From the NCBI GenBank assembly GCA_035084275.1, contig CM068763.1, positions 10,850,001 to 10,914,000 on the forward strand: DNA of 64,000 bases. The letters are read 5' to 3'. Positions 11,796 through 22,800 of this stretch are shown in pieces. Made by a program: the position numbers and the translations under genes. Each line of letters starts with the position of its first letter. Within the stretch, counting starts at the first letter, position 1. The notes beneath the pieces are model-generated. The model had not been told where the DNA came from, did no database searches, and was given only the letters and a program-made list of their open reading frames with translations. The stretch is from Hydrolagus colliei. Its lineage: Eukaryota.

Positions 11796-11953
11796 AAATG
11801 GCAACTGGAGAAACAGTGAAAAACCATTGGATTGTTCCAGTCATTGTGATTTCCATCTGTTTACTGATAATAATAATAATCATCATCATTTTAAAAGGAC
11901 AAATCAGAATGGACAAAGCACTACATGCTGAATCACTGATCCTTCCGACATGA
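11796..11953 (+). CDS. Gene A TM/cytoplasmic exon
   Basis: TTTTTATAG|AA acceptor (phase 1); encodes EMATGETVKNHWIVPVIVISICLLIIIIIIIILKGQIRMDKALHAESLILPT*. NHWI(V)P matches the TM exons of C and E. Confidence 0.75.
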
Positions 11954-13269
11954 GAGGCGCTGTATACATGTAATTATGTTGTAGTTTTACTGGGACGCTG
12001 CTGTGCGCAATTGTTTGTCGAGCTTTGCCCACAAATATACAGTCAATTCACTTTACAGCATATTTTGTGAAGCGCTTTGAGGCATGGAACGTGCAATATC
12101 AAATGCAAGGATTGGTATTATTGTATATACTGTATATATGTAAATACTGTAAAAAAATTACTAAATAGATTAACTTTAACATAGAGTAACTTACTTCTTT
12201 TTTGTGTCCATTGCGAAATGGCTCACACGGTTGGCTGCCGTGTGTGTGTGCCCTTTGTACTGTACAACACAATGCCATGGGTGTGTTATAATTGGGTTAT
12301 TCTTGAGACCTGGGTTCAATTCCAGGCAGGGTGCAACCTGGGCAAGTTTCCTTATTCCACACACAAGTCTGATAATAATCCCTCAAAAAACCCCCCACAG
12401 TAATTTGGTCATTTCATACCACGACTGTTTGTGGGGGGACGCTGCTGTGCGCAACTGGCTGCCTCGTTTCATCCACAAATATATACAGTCAGTTCACTTT
12501 ACAGTATCTTCTGTGAAGTGCCTTGGAGATGTCTGGAAGATGTGAAAATCACTTTATCAAATAGGCAAAATATTATTATTTTCAATGCCAACCTTTAGAG
12601 TAACACAGCAAACATTTTAACACAATTTTAACTACATTTGCCCTTAAGTCTCACAAACTTTATCATCAAAATGTTTATTTCCAGAATGTAGATTTCAGTG
12701 AAACTTTTTAAACTATTTTTATATAAGAAACTGTCCGCCAGGCTCTCTCTTACACACAGAGAGACTCTCACACACACATAGAAATTCTCTCTAGACACAG
12801 AGAGACTCACAGAGACTCAAACACATAGAAATTCTTACACAGATACTCACACACACACTTAGACAGACACACACACACATACTCATACACATATACAGTC
12901 ACTCACCCTCTTTCTGAAGAGAGACACACTCAAACAAAGGTTAGAGAGATTCCCCCCTCACTGTGTTGTCTGGGGGGGGGGATGTCTGTCTGTTCACTGA
13001 CTGATTGACTCTGACTTTCCCCCAACACAAAGCTCAACATCACATAACACACAGAAGCCACAGTCAGTGACACAAACTGCTAAAGGCTGCTCAGAGAATA
13101 ACTAACTCAATCACTAACACCAACCTGTTTAACCGGTTAATCTCACCGCTTCCTCTCTGCTGTAGCTGGTGGAATGGCTCTTAAGAGTTTGGCTGTTGTG
13201 TGTGGTTTCACTTCATCCTGTACAATACGCGTCATGGGAAAATGGGTGTGTTTAATTGAGATGTGTTTA

Positions 13270-13625
13270 TTAGCAACCGATATACCGGTAATAATAATTT
13301 GAGATAGCGCTTTTCACGTCTTCTAGACTGTGTCTCAAAGCGCTTCACGGAGTATCCTGTCAAGTGAATTGACTGTATATTTGTGGGCGAAACGCGGCAG
13401 CCAATTGCGCACAGCAGCGTCCCCCCCACAAACAGCCGTGGATTGAAAATGACCGATTTTTATTATTGTGTTTATTTTTGAAGGGATTATTATTAGGCGC
13501 GTGTGTGTGTGTGTGTGTGAATGGGTATGAAGTAAGGAAACTTGCCCAAGGTTTCGAACTGATCTACCTGGATTTGAACACAGGTCTCACACTTGTAAGA
13601 TGAGCGAGTGCTCTAACCGCCCAGG
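13270..13625 (-). mobile_element. tRNA-derived SINE
   Basis: Same body and tail as 262-589, with a (TG)n expansion in the linker. Confidence 0.8.
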
Positions 13626-13654
13626 ATCCCGAGCTCCAGGATCGCGGATCCATA

Positions 13655-14140
13655 AATCAGGCCTCAGCTGAAGTACTTTGTCCAATTCTGGTCACCACAC
13701 TATAGAAAGGATGTTAAGGCATTGGAAAGGGTGCAGAGAAGGTTTACTAGAATGGTACCAGGATTGAGGGACTTCAGTTGTGGGGAAAGGCTAGATAGGC
13801 TGGGTTTATTCTCTTTGGAACAGAGAAGGTTGAGAGGAGACAGGGTGGATTCGACTCGCGGTCACAGATTTAGAATAGTTTCAAAACGAAGCAGAGGGGA
13901 GCTGAGGAGGAATGTTTTCACTGGAATTCATGTTGGAATCTGGAATGCATTGCCTGAAAAGGTGGTGGAGGCCGATTTGATAACAGCTTTTCAAAGAGAA
14001 TTAGATCTTTGTTTAGGGAGAACAGGTCTGTGAGGTTATGGGGAGAGAGCTGGGCAGTGGGATTGAGTTGCTCTTTTCAAAGGCACAGACTGGATGGGCC
14101 GAATGGCCTCTTTTTGTGTTGTAAAATTCTATGATTCTAT
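13655..14140 (+). mobile_element. CR1 LINE 3' end (internally deleted)
   Basis: ORF 13722-14033 (ERVQRRFTRMVPGLRDFSCGERLDRLGLFSLEQRRLRGD) followed by the CR1 3' hairpin region and TTCTATGATTCT tail. Confidence 0.85.
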
Positions 14141-14292
14141 TGGGGTCTGCAGTACCATGGTTCCACACATGGGGGCGCCTGTCACTATGTAACTGTATTG
14201 CCGTCTTTGAACAACACAAATAAATAAACTCGATTCCCCGGTTTCTGTCTCGTGGCCAGAAACTTTAGATAAGTTTCATTACTCCGCACACG

Positions 14293-14329
<37 letters not shown>

Positions 14330-15362
14330 ACACACACACACACGCTCGCCTCCTTTTACCTTGTATTAAGTTGGAAACCGGTTGATAGGCGATTGGTGGA
14401 TCGCTTTTCCGGGGGCAAGAATTCCTTCCAAAAAACATAACAATCTGTTACACTCAATAAATACGTTGAGAGATCGAACATGAAATATAAAGTCAATTCA
14501 TTTTACAGGATATCCTGTGAAGCCGCTCTGAGACGTCTCGAATTTGTGATCAGGTGCGATATCGAACGCAAGGATTATTATTATAATTATATCCGCCTGA
14601 CCTGCTGGGTTTTCCAGCAACTTCTGTTTTTGTGTCAGATATCTGGTATCTGCAGTACAGTATTTTGCGTTTTGTTTATTATTATATCTGATCTGCACCA
14701 CCAGGGGCTGTTTCGCTGCCATGCTATTCCTGTGGTGCCTTTTGAGAGAATATTAGGGGAGGAAAAAAATCACTGGAGCGAACCCCCCTATCCCTGTATA
14801 CTTTTCCCCGAGGCAGTGAACAGCCTCTGAGTCACGAGTGTGGTGAAGGTGGGATATGAAAACATTGCTCTAATAATATGACGAAACATCATCGACCTTA
14901 AAAGTTAACCCACTTCCATTTGTCTGTGAATCCCCAGAGATGATACGTGGAGTCCTGTGTTCCTCGGTGGTTAGAGGCACCTGCCTTTCAAACGAGAGAG
15001 CTGGGTTCGATTCTCGGCAGGGTGAAATTTTGGGTAAGTTTCCTTACTCCACCCGCATCACCTGATAATAATCACCCAAGAAAATTTTTTATAAATCAGT
15101 CATTTCAACCCATGACTGTTTGTGGGGGACACAAATTCACTTCACAGTCTATTCTGCGAAGCGCTTTGAGACGTCCAGAACACGTGAAACAAGCTCTGTA
15201 CTAAATGCAAGCGTTATTAATATTATTATTATTATTATCTCCTAACCTGCTGTGTACCCCCAGCCACCTCTGTTTACATTTCACATTTCCCACATCTGTA
15301 GTGTTTTTCACCCCCAAAATATGATTCGCGAGTATGTTCTGGACATACACTGCCAGTGTAGT

Positions 15363-15705
15363 GGAGCCCCTGTGGCTCAGTGGTTAGAACACTTGTCTTG
15401 CAAGCTGGGGAGACCTGTGTTCGAATCCAGGCAGGTCAGGGCCAAACCTTGGGCAAGTTTCCTTACTCCACACACACACACACACGCCTGATAAATAATA
15501 AAAATTGGTCATTTCAATCCACGACTGTGTGTGTGTGTGTGGGGGGCGGGGGGGGGGGGGGGAACGCTGCTGTGCGCAATCGGCTGCCGCGTTTCTCCTG
15601 CAAAATTTACAGTCAATTCACTTGACACTATATTCTATGAAACGTTTTGAGACGTCGATAAGATATGAAAAGCCGCTATATCAAATGCAAGGATTATTAT
15701 TATTA
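15363..15705 (+). mobile_element. tRNA-derived SINE, near full length
   Basis: GGAGCCCCTGTGGCTCAGTGGTTAGAAC...GTTCGAATCC head, conserved body and (ATT)n tail. Confidence 0.85.
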
Positions 15706-16209
15706 TTCTTGAGACGTCTCGAAGGCTCGATAAGGCGTCTATCAAATGCAAGGATCGATATTAATCACTTTCTCTCATAATAATGTTTTAAATCAGAGAC
15801 TATAAAAGGGCTGCTTCCGTTGCTATGCTCCACTGTATCATTCAATCAATGAATACAAACGTTTTTAATGACGTCCTTGAAAGGGGAGGATAACTGATCA
15901 TAGTGGGTGGTGTGTGTGTGTGTGTACTTATACGCTGTATTTACACCCACAGCCACATAGACATCCGACTTCTGAAACCAGACACACAGCCAAACCCTAG
16001 TCAGGCTGTGAGATTGACGCGTTAAACAGGTTGGTGTTAGTGACTGGGTTAGTTATTCTCTGAGCAGCCTTTAGCAGTTTGTGTCACTGACTGTGGCTTC
16101 TCTGTGTGTGTTATGTGATGTTGAGCTTTGTGTTGGGGGACAGTCAGTCAGTGAACAGACAACACAGTGAGGGATGGGGGGGGGGGGATCTCTCTAACCT
16201 GGCAGTTTG

Positions 16210-16660
16210 TGTGTGTGTGTGTGTGTGTGTCTCTGTATGAATTTCTATGGGTGGGTCTCTCTGGGTGTCTATGTGTGAGTGTCTCTGTGTGTTTGTGTGT
16301 CTCTGTATGTGAGTGTCTTTGTGTGTGTTTGTCTCTATGTGTGTGAATGTCTATGTCTATGTGTCTGTGTGTAAGTGTCTATGTTTGTATCTGTGTATGT
16401 GAGTGTCTATGTCTGTGTGTCTCTGTGTGTGTGTGAGTGTCTATGTCTGTGTGTCTCTCTGTGTGTGAGTGTCTATGTCTGTGTGTCTCTGTGTGTGTGA
16501 GTGTCTATGTCTGTGTGTGTCTCTGTGTGTGTGAGTGTCTATGTCTGTGTGTCTCTGTGTGTGTGAGTGTCTATGTCTGTGTGTCTCTGTGTGAGTGAGT
16601 GTCTATGTCTGTGTGTCTCTGTGTGTGTGAGTGTCTATGTCTGTGTGTGTGTGTGTGTGT
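16210..16660. repeat. TG-rich compound minisatellite (unit about 30 nt, GTGTGAGTGTCTATGTCTGTGTGTCTCT)
   Basis: The unit is directly visible more than 10 times in tandem. Confidence 0.9.
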
Positions 16661-17499
16661 CTGCACTCGGGGCTGTGGTTTATCTGAGTTTCAGAAGAAG
16701 GTCTGTGTCTGTGTTTCTTTAGAGGTTTGAGTGAGAGTATCTCTGTGTCTATGTGTGGGTGTCTCTTTGTATGAGTGTCTGTATGTCTATGTGTGTGAAT
16801 GTCCTGTGTTGTGATTGTCTGTGTGTGTCTGTGTGTGTGTGTGTGTGGTGGTGGGTGGGGGGGGGGTGAATGAGAGAGACCCTGGTAGAAATGTTATTGC
16901 ATTAATAAGACATTTTTTCCAAATACAATGGGGACTGAGTTTCGGTGAGAGGCCGGCGTGAATTTTGATGGAAACACTTGATAAACTGAGCTGGCGGATA
17001 GTCGTGAGATTGCGTTGACAGGAGAAGACTATTTCAGTTTCATTTGGTATTTTAGCGAATAATCAGCGGAATTGTGACCGTGTTCTGGCAATGACGTTAA
17101 TGAAATCCACATCCTGGAATTCACAACTGCGTGATTAATGTTACACCTACTTTCCGCGTGTAAACACAGCTTATCAGGTAGCAGGAAGTCGGAACAAAAG
17201 TAAATCTATGTTGTTGCAGCAAAACTTTGTTGCTGGGAATGTACAATCTATTTCTGATCTCCACTTCCTATCATCAAAGCATAGGGGGCTGCCGGTCTGT
17301 GGGGGGCTTTGTGTTGGGTGGGTGGGGGAAGAAGGGGAGGTGGACTCCGTTATGTGTCACTCTACCCCACGTTGTTCCCACACTGAGTGTTCCACACAAA
17401 GCGCCTTGTTCAGCGCCTTGGGACGTCCTCCCGACATGAAGGCGCTGTATAAATGTAAATTGTTGCTGTTGTTGTCAGTCCGTGGACACCTCAAAGGGC

Positions 17500-17680
17500 T
17501 GGAGTCCTGTAGCTCAGTGGTTAGAGCACTCGCCTCGCAAGCGATAAACCTGGGTTCGATTCCCGCCAGGGCGAAATGTCGGACAAATTTCCTCTACTCC
17601 ACACGCCTCTGGTTACCTCGGAGTAAGTGGGAACCAGGGTCGTTAGTCAATCGGGGGATCGCTTTGCGAGGCAGTAATAA
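17500..17680 (+). mobile_element. tRNA-derived SINE with a different body
   Basis: Head GGAGTCCTGTAGCTCAGTGGTTAGAGCAC...GGTTCGATTCC is shared with the main family, but the body CGCCTCTGGTTACCTCGGAGTAAGTGGGAACC is not. Confidence 0.6.
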
Positions 17681-17689
17681 ATTCTATAA

Positions 17690-18685
17690 AGTCACAGATT
17701 CGCCCACGAGTGGAAATAGTTTTTCTCTATTTGCCCTGTCGAAACCCCTCATGATCTTATAAACCTCTATTAGGTCTCCCCTCAATCTTCTCTGCTCCAG
17801 AGAGAATAACCCTAGCCTATCTAGCCTCTCCTCATAGCTGAAGTCCCTCAATCCTGGCACCATCCTAGTAAATCTTCTTTGTACCCTTTCCAATGCCTTC
17901 ACATCCTTTCTGTAGTGTGGTGACCAGAATTGAACACAGTATTCCAGCTGAGGCCTCACCAAAGTCTTATAGATGTTAGTCAGCACTTGCTGACTTTTGT
18001 ACTCTATACCCCTATTTATAAAGCCTAGTATCCCATATGCCTTCTTAACAGCCTTGTCTACCTGTCCTGCCACCTTCAACGAGTCACTAACACAAATCCC
18101 CAGGTCTCTCTGTTCCTTCACACCATTGAAAATTGTACTATCTAGCCTATATTGCCTCCCTTCATTTCTTCTCCCAAAATGCATCACTTCACACTTCTCT
18201 GCATTAAACTTCATCTGCCATGTGTCTGCCCACTTTACCAATTTGTCTATATCCTCTTGCAGATGGCTACTATCCTCCTCACTATTTACTATTCTCCCTA
18301 ACTTAGTGTCATCTGCAAACTTGGAAACTGTGCTCCGTACACCCAAGTCCAGATCATTGATGTAGATTACAAAGAGCGATGGTCCCAAAACTGATCCCTG
18401 TGGCACACCACTGCTCACTTCCCTCCAGTCTGAAAAACAGCCGCTCACTACAACTCTCTGCTTTCTGTCTCGCAGCCAGTTGTGGATCCACGCTGCCACT
18501 TTCCCTTTTACGCCGTGGGCCTTTAATTTCCTAATAAGTCTCTCATGTGGCACTTTGTCAAATGCCTTTTGAAAGTCCATGTAAACTACATCAACTGCGC
18601 TACCATTATCCAGCCATTCCATTACCTCATCAAAAAATTCTATCAGATTTGTAAGGCAAGATTTGCCTTTAACAAATCCATGTTG
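17690..18685 (-). mobile_element. CR1 LINE ORF2 reverse-transcriptase fragment (open frame)
   Basis: ORF 17684-18712 contains [39 protein letters not shown] and LERVQRRFTRM. 5'-truncated, no endonuclease domain. Confidence 0.95.
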
Positions 18686-19262
18686 ACATCTAGAAGATGT
18701 GAAAAGGCGCAAGGGTTATTATTAGTATTATTATTGTATATCGCCTTCTGTATCACTTGTAGCTTTCCCCACTAATAGCCATAGCCATTTGGGGAATTTG
18801 TGGTAGAATTCCCTGAAACCAAAATGATTTGAATGTCCAGTAATTTTATAATAGTAGCATTACGAAAGTAATGTTAATTATTGTCAAATCTAGCTACCAA
18901 ACTTCTATTTTCATCAGCCACTTTGTCTCATATAACTCATTTTGTGGCAATTCAGGCAACCCAACGAGTGATAAAATCTTTAGGGTATTAGTTTAGGGTA
19001 TTTCACATCAGTAAATTCATGCTTTTTCATGGTCACCTCCCCCCCCCCCCCCCCCCCTCCTGCCCACTCCCCCCCCAACTCCCACTCCCCCTGGCTTCCG
19101 AGCCATTGTGAGGCGCTCTGAGGCACTGACCAGTGTGGAGGGCGCGATATCTACGCAAGTCGTTGGTTTTTCTTTCTTTTCCCTCTCCTGAAATCTATCG
19201 TGAGGATCTATTCTCAGTTGGAGGCACGGTTGACATCAGAGCAACACCAGACAGAGCAAGTT

Positions 19263-19594
19263 CATTCCACTCGTGGGTGAATCTGTGACTCATGGTCACA
19301 GATTTAAAATAGTTTCAAGGCGCAGTAGAGGGGAGCTGAGGAGAATTTTTTTCACTCAGCGAGTTGTTCGAATCTGGAATGCATTGCCTGAAAAGGTGGT
19401 GGAGGCTGATTCGATAACAACTTTTAAAAGGGAATTAGATCTTTATTTAGGGAGAACGGGTCTATTAGGCTATGGGGAGCGGGCAGGGCAGTGGGATTGA
19501 ATCGCTCTTTTCAAAGAGCCGGCACAGACTAGATGGGCCGAATGGCCTCCTTTTGTGCCGTAAAATTCTATGATTCTATGATTCTATGATTCTA
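19263..19594 (+). mobile_element. CR1 LINE 3' end with (CTATGATT)n tail
   Basis: ORF 19273-19500 (GESVTHGHRFKIVSRRSRGELRRIFFTQRVVRIWNALP), followed by the terminal CTATGATT repeats. Confidence 0.9.
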
Positions 19595-19766
19595 AGTTCC
19601 AAGGCCATGAGATTGGGAATAGACACACACTGTTCATTCCTAGCAAGGTTAAGATTAACTCTGTGTTAATTTCTATATTGACAAGGTGAAAGGCGGAAAT
19701 GGACTCAGTGTTTACCAGGTTTTGTTGCTGCTTTTTGTTGACAGGTTGACAACAAGACAAAGTGGG

Positions 19767-19818
19767 ATGAAAACTCTTCTACCTGTTTTGGTGGCATTTG
19801 GCTTCAATTTGGTGGTTG
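19767..19818 (+). CDS. Gene B signal-peptide exon (MKTLLPVLVAFGFNLVV)
   Basis: ATG after the TTGACAG acceptor; donor G|GTAAGT. Confidence 0.85.
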
Positions 19819-22800
19819 GTAAGTACTGTATTCTTCATTTGGTAGTTTTTATTCCCTTCCGACCTGTTTTGCAATGAGGTCGGATTATTGTGTATTGGTT
19901 TATTGTTTGAGGATTACAAAGAGAGCTATTTTTATTTAGTGCTGTTCTGCTGAAAGCGTGTGCGTATATTATAGTACGTGGGTGGAAACACACCCAACCT
20001 GATAGGGTGTGTGGCTGTTCGCACGTCAGCGTCCACGCATTGTGTGCAGGTATCAGGAACTGTAACTTGCATTTATATATCTTCCTCACCGTGGAGGTCT
20101 GAAGGTGAGGAAATGTGTGCAGTAGCCACTATCATTAGAATGAATTTCTAGACACAAATGATCATGTTATAACAGGGTGGGCATCTAGTTCCTACGGTAA
20201 ACTGATAACTGGACCCTGGCTTAACTTGTCGATAACACTTAAATCATCAATAGCATGGCCACAATTATGGTACGTTTGTATTTCTACCTAACCTGTATAG
20301 TATTTGAAAAACTCTTAATAATAATACTGGAATTTGATATACCGTTTTTCGCGTCTTCCAAACGTCTCAAAGCGCTTCACAGAATATACTGGTAAAGTGA
20401 ATTGATTGACTATTTGTGGGCAAAACGCAGCAGCCAATTGCGCACAGCAGCGTCCCCACAAATAGTCGTGGATTGAAATGACCACATTTTTATTGGGGAG
20501 GGGTGGGGGTAGTGGCAGGGGGTTTCTGAGGGATTATTATCAAGCATGTATGTGTGGAGTAGGAAAACGTGCTCAAAGTTTCATCCTGACCTGCCTGGAA
20601 TTGAACTCAGGTTTCTCGCTTACAAGCCGTGTGCTCTAACCACTGAGCTACAGCATTCCATATATTGCTGTATGTTGTTGACGGATGCTGGTCACTTTCT
20701 TTTATTTTGCAAAACGTCCACAACACTTTGAATTATGTGGTTGATCGAAAACTCCCAAGTAATTGTCCCCAGCTTTCCATTGTTATTTATTTACCCGAAT
20801 TTTGTTGACGTCAAAAATACCTGCCTATCAAAGATTCTTCTGTGTTGGTTTATTTCAAGATTACCCGGTGAACTCAGGGGGGAATCCATAGTGTAAATTA
20901 ATTTAAAATTAACATGACCCTGTTCAAAACAGGAAGGGAGTTTCTCCTGAGGTTCTGAACTATAATGGTCGCTCACTTTAGCGCTGTTTGACCTACCTGC
21001 CTCCCACAAAACTCAGTTCCTGCGCTTTACAGTTCACCCTGTCAAGCCCTTTTATTGTTATATAAATAATAATATAAATGATTATTTATACAATAATAAT
21101 CCTTGCATTTTACATAGCGCTCTTCATGTCTTCCAGACGTCTCAAAGCGCTTCTCAGTATATACTGCAGAGTCAATTGACTGTACATAGTTATGAATCAA
21201 GGATTGTGGCCACCTATCTGTTGCGATGTCTGAGGTCTCACTGTTTGGCTGAGACGATAAACCGAGGGCATCGATAAATGAAAATTCATCCTTTGCGACC
21301 AGGAAGGGAGCTGGGCCAAAATGGTGTGTGCCGTTTCCATGTCGCAAGCCGGCATTCATTGAATTAACCCTAACCCCAAGTACACAAAACATCAAGTCCA
21401 AACAGATCTCCACCAGCACCATCCCCACCCCACCCCCCACCCCCAACCATCCCATGTGTCTCTCAAATTGTAATATCCATCAAAGGGACACATGTGCTTC
21501 ACTGAATAATCTCATGTTCTGACCCAGCTCATCAATATAATGTGTCCACAGCTGGATTTGAAGTGCGCGTCTCAAGAGAACCAGTAATTGCCATCCACGG
21601 ACACGATGCAGTTCTGGGATGCAGTTTTACTCCCAGTGGAACGTCAACAGAGGGCGTTGTGATCACCTGGCAGCGTGAAGACAATCAGGAGGTGGTTTAC
21701 AGTTATTACTACAACGAACACCAGCTCGGTCAACAGAGTCCTCGCTACGCAGGACGCGCCAGTCTATTCCCGGAGGAGATTATAAAGGGAAATGCCTCGT
21801 TGATGCTCAAAGGAGTGAGACCAGAGGACAGCGGAGAATACATGTGTTACGTCAGCACGAATAGTGCAGATGCCAAAGGAACAATCTCTCTAAAATTCGC
21901 AGGTACGTGTTTATTCAAGCATCCCGAGACATTATATTTGTTGTATTTGTGTCACTTGGTTTGTGGCTGGGAATGAAGTCTCTTCTCTATGCGACTTGAG
22001 TTTATCAGTAAAGTAACATTTGTAAATGTTCCCAAACCCATTGGATGCATTGGATCCAGCGCTTTTCACATCTTCCAACAACAACAAAGTTACATTTGTA
22101 CAGCACCTTTCACGGAGGATGTCCCAAGGCGTCCGTCTCAAAGCGCTTCACAGAATATACTATCAAATGAATTGACTGTATACTTTGTGGGTGAAGCGCG
22201 GCAGCCAATTACGCACAGCAATGTCCCCACAAACAGTTATTACATAGTGAGCTCCTAACATTTGTCATTAAGACTTTTCCAAGTTCATCATCACTGCTTG
22301 TACCTAAAGCCTGTTCTTCTATTCCTCAGCATATTACAAGGAACCCATTTTATCGATCCAATTAGGAACAAATGCAACACTTTTTCGATTTGAATCCCAA
22401 GGCTTCCCTCAAGCTGTTATTTCCTGGTTCGATGAACAACACAAGGATATTTCTTCGCAAACGGACACTTTTTTCCAACGGAATGCAGACGGCCTGTATT
22501 CAGTGAGTAGCACTCTGGAAATTGCTGACACGAGAGCAAACTCTTCGAACTACACATTCACGATAAGCAATGATGTCTTGGGACAATCACTTTCCAGGAG
22601 ATTTGTATTTACTCCAGGTGAGTTATTTTACCCGAACTCTGCAATCCGTGAATCCCTCCACCTCCCGAAGCATTCCAATCCCGACCCCAGCTCAGGTCTG
22701 AAACATTTACTGTCCAGCCCCTTGGGACATTGGGACTCCTGAAGTGAAAGGCGCGATGCAAATAATAATAATAATCCTTGCATGTGACATAGCGCTTTTC

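Larger units (their letters stand above)
9234..11953 (+). pseudogene. Gene A: divergent B7-like gene, signal peptide-IgV-TM with no IgC; possibly frameshifted
   Basis: join(9234..9285/9286, 10789..11136, 11796..11953). The SP exon is homologous to those of B-F, but its donor is shifted 1 nt (GTT GG|GTAATA, phase 2) while the IgV exon is phase 1. It would encode 185 aa if the frame were restored. Confidence 0.6.
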
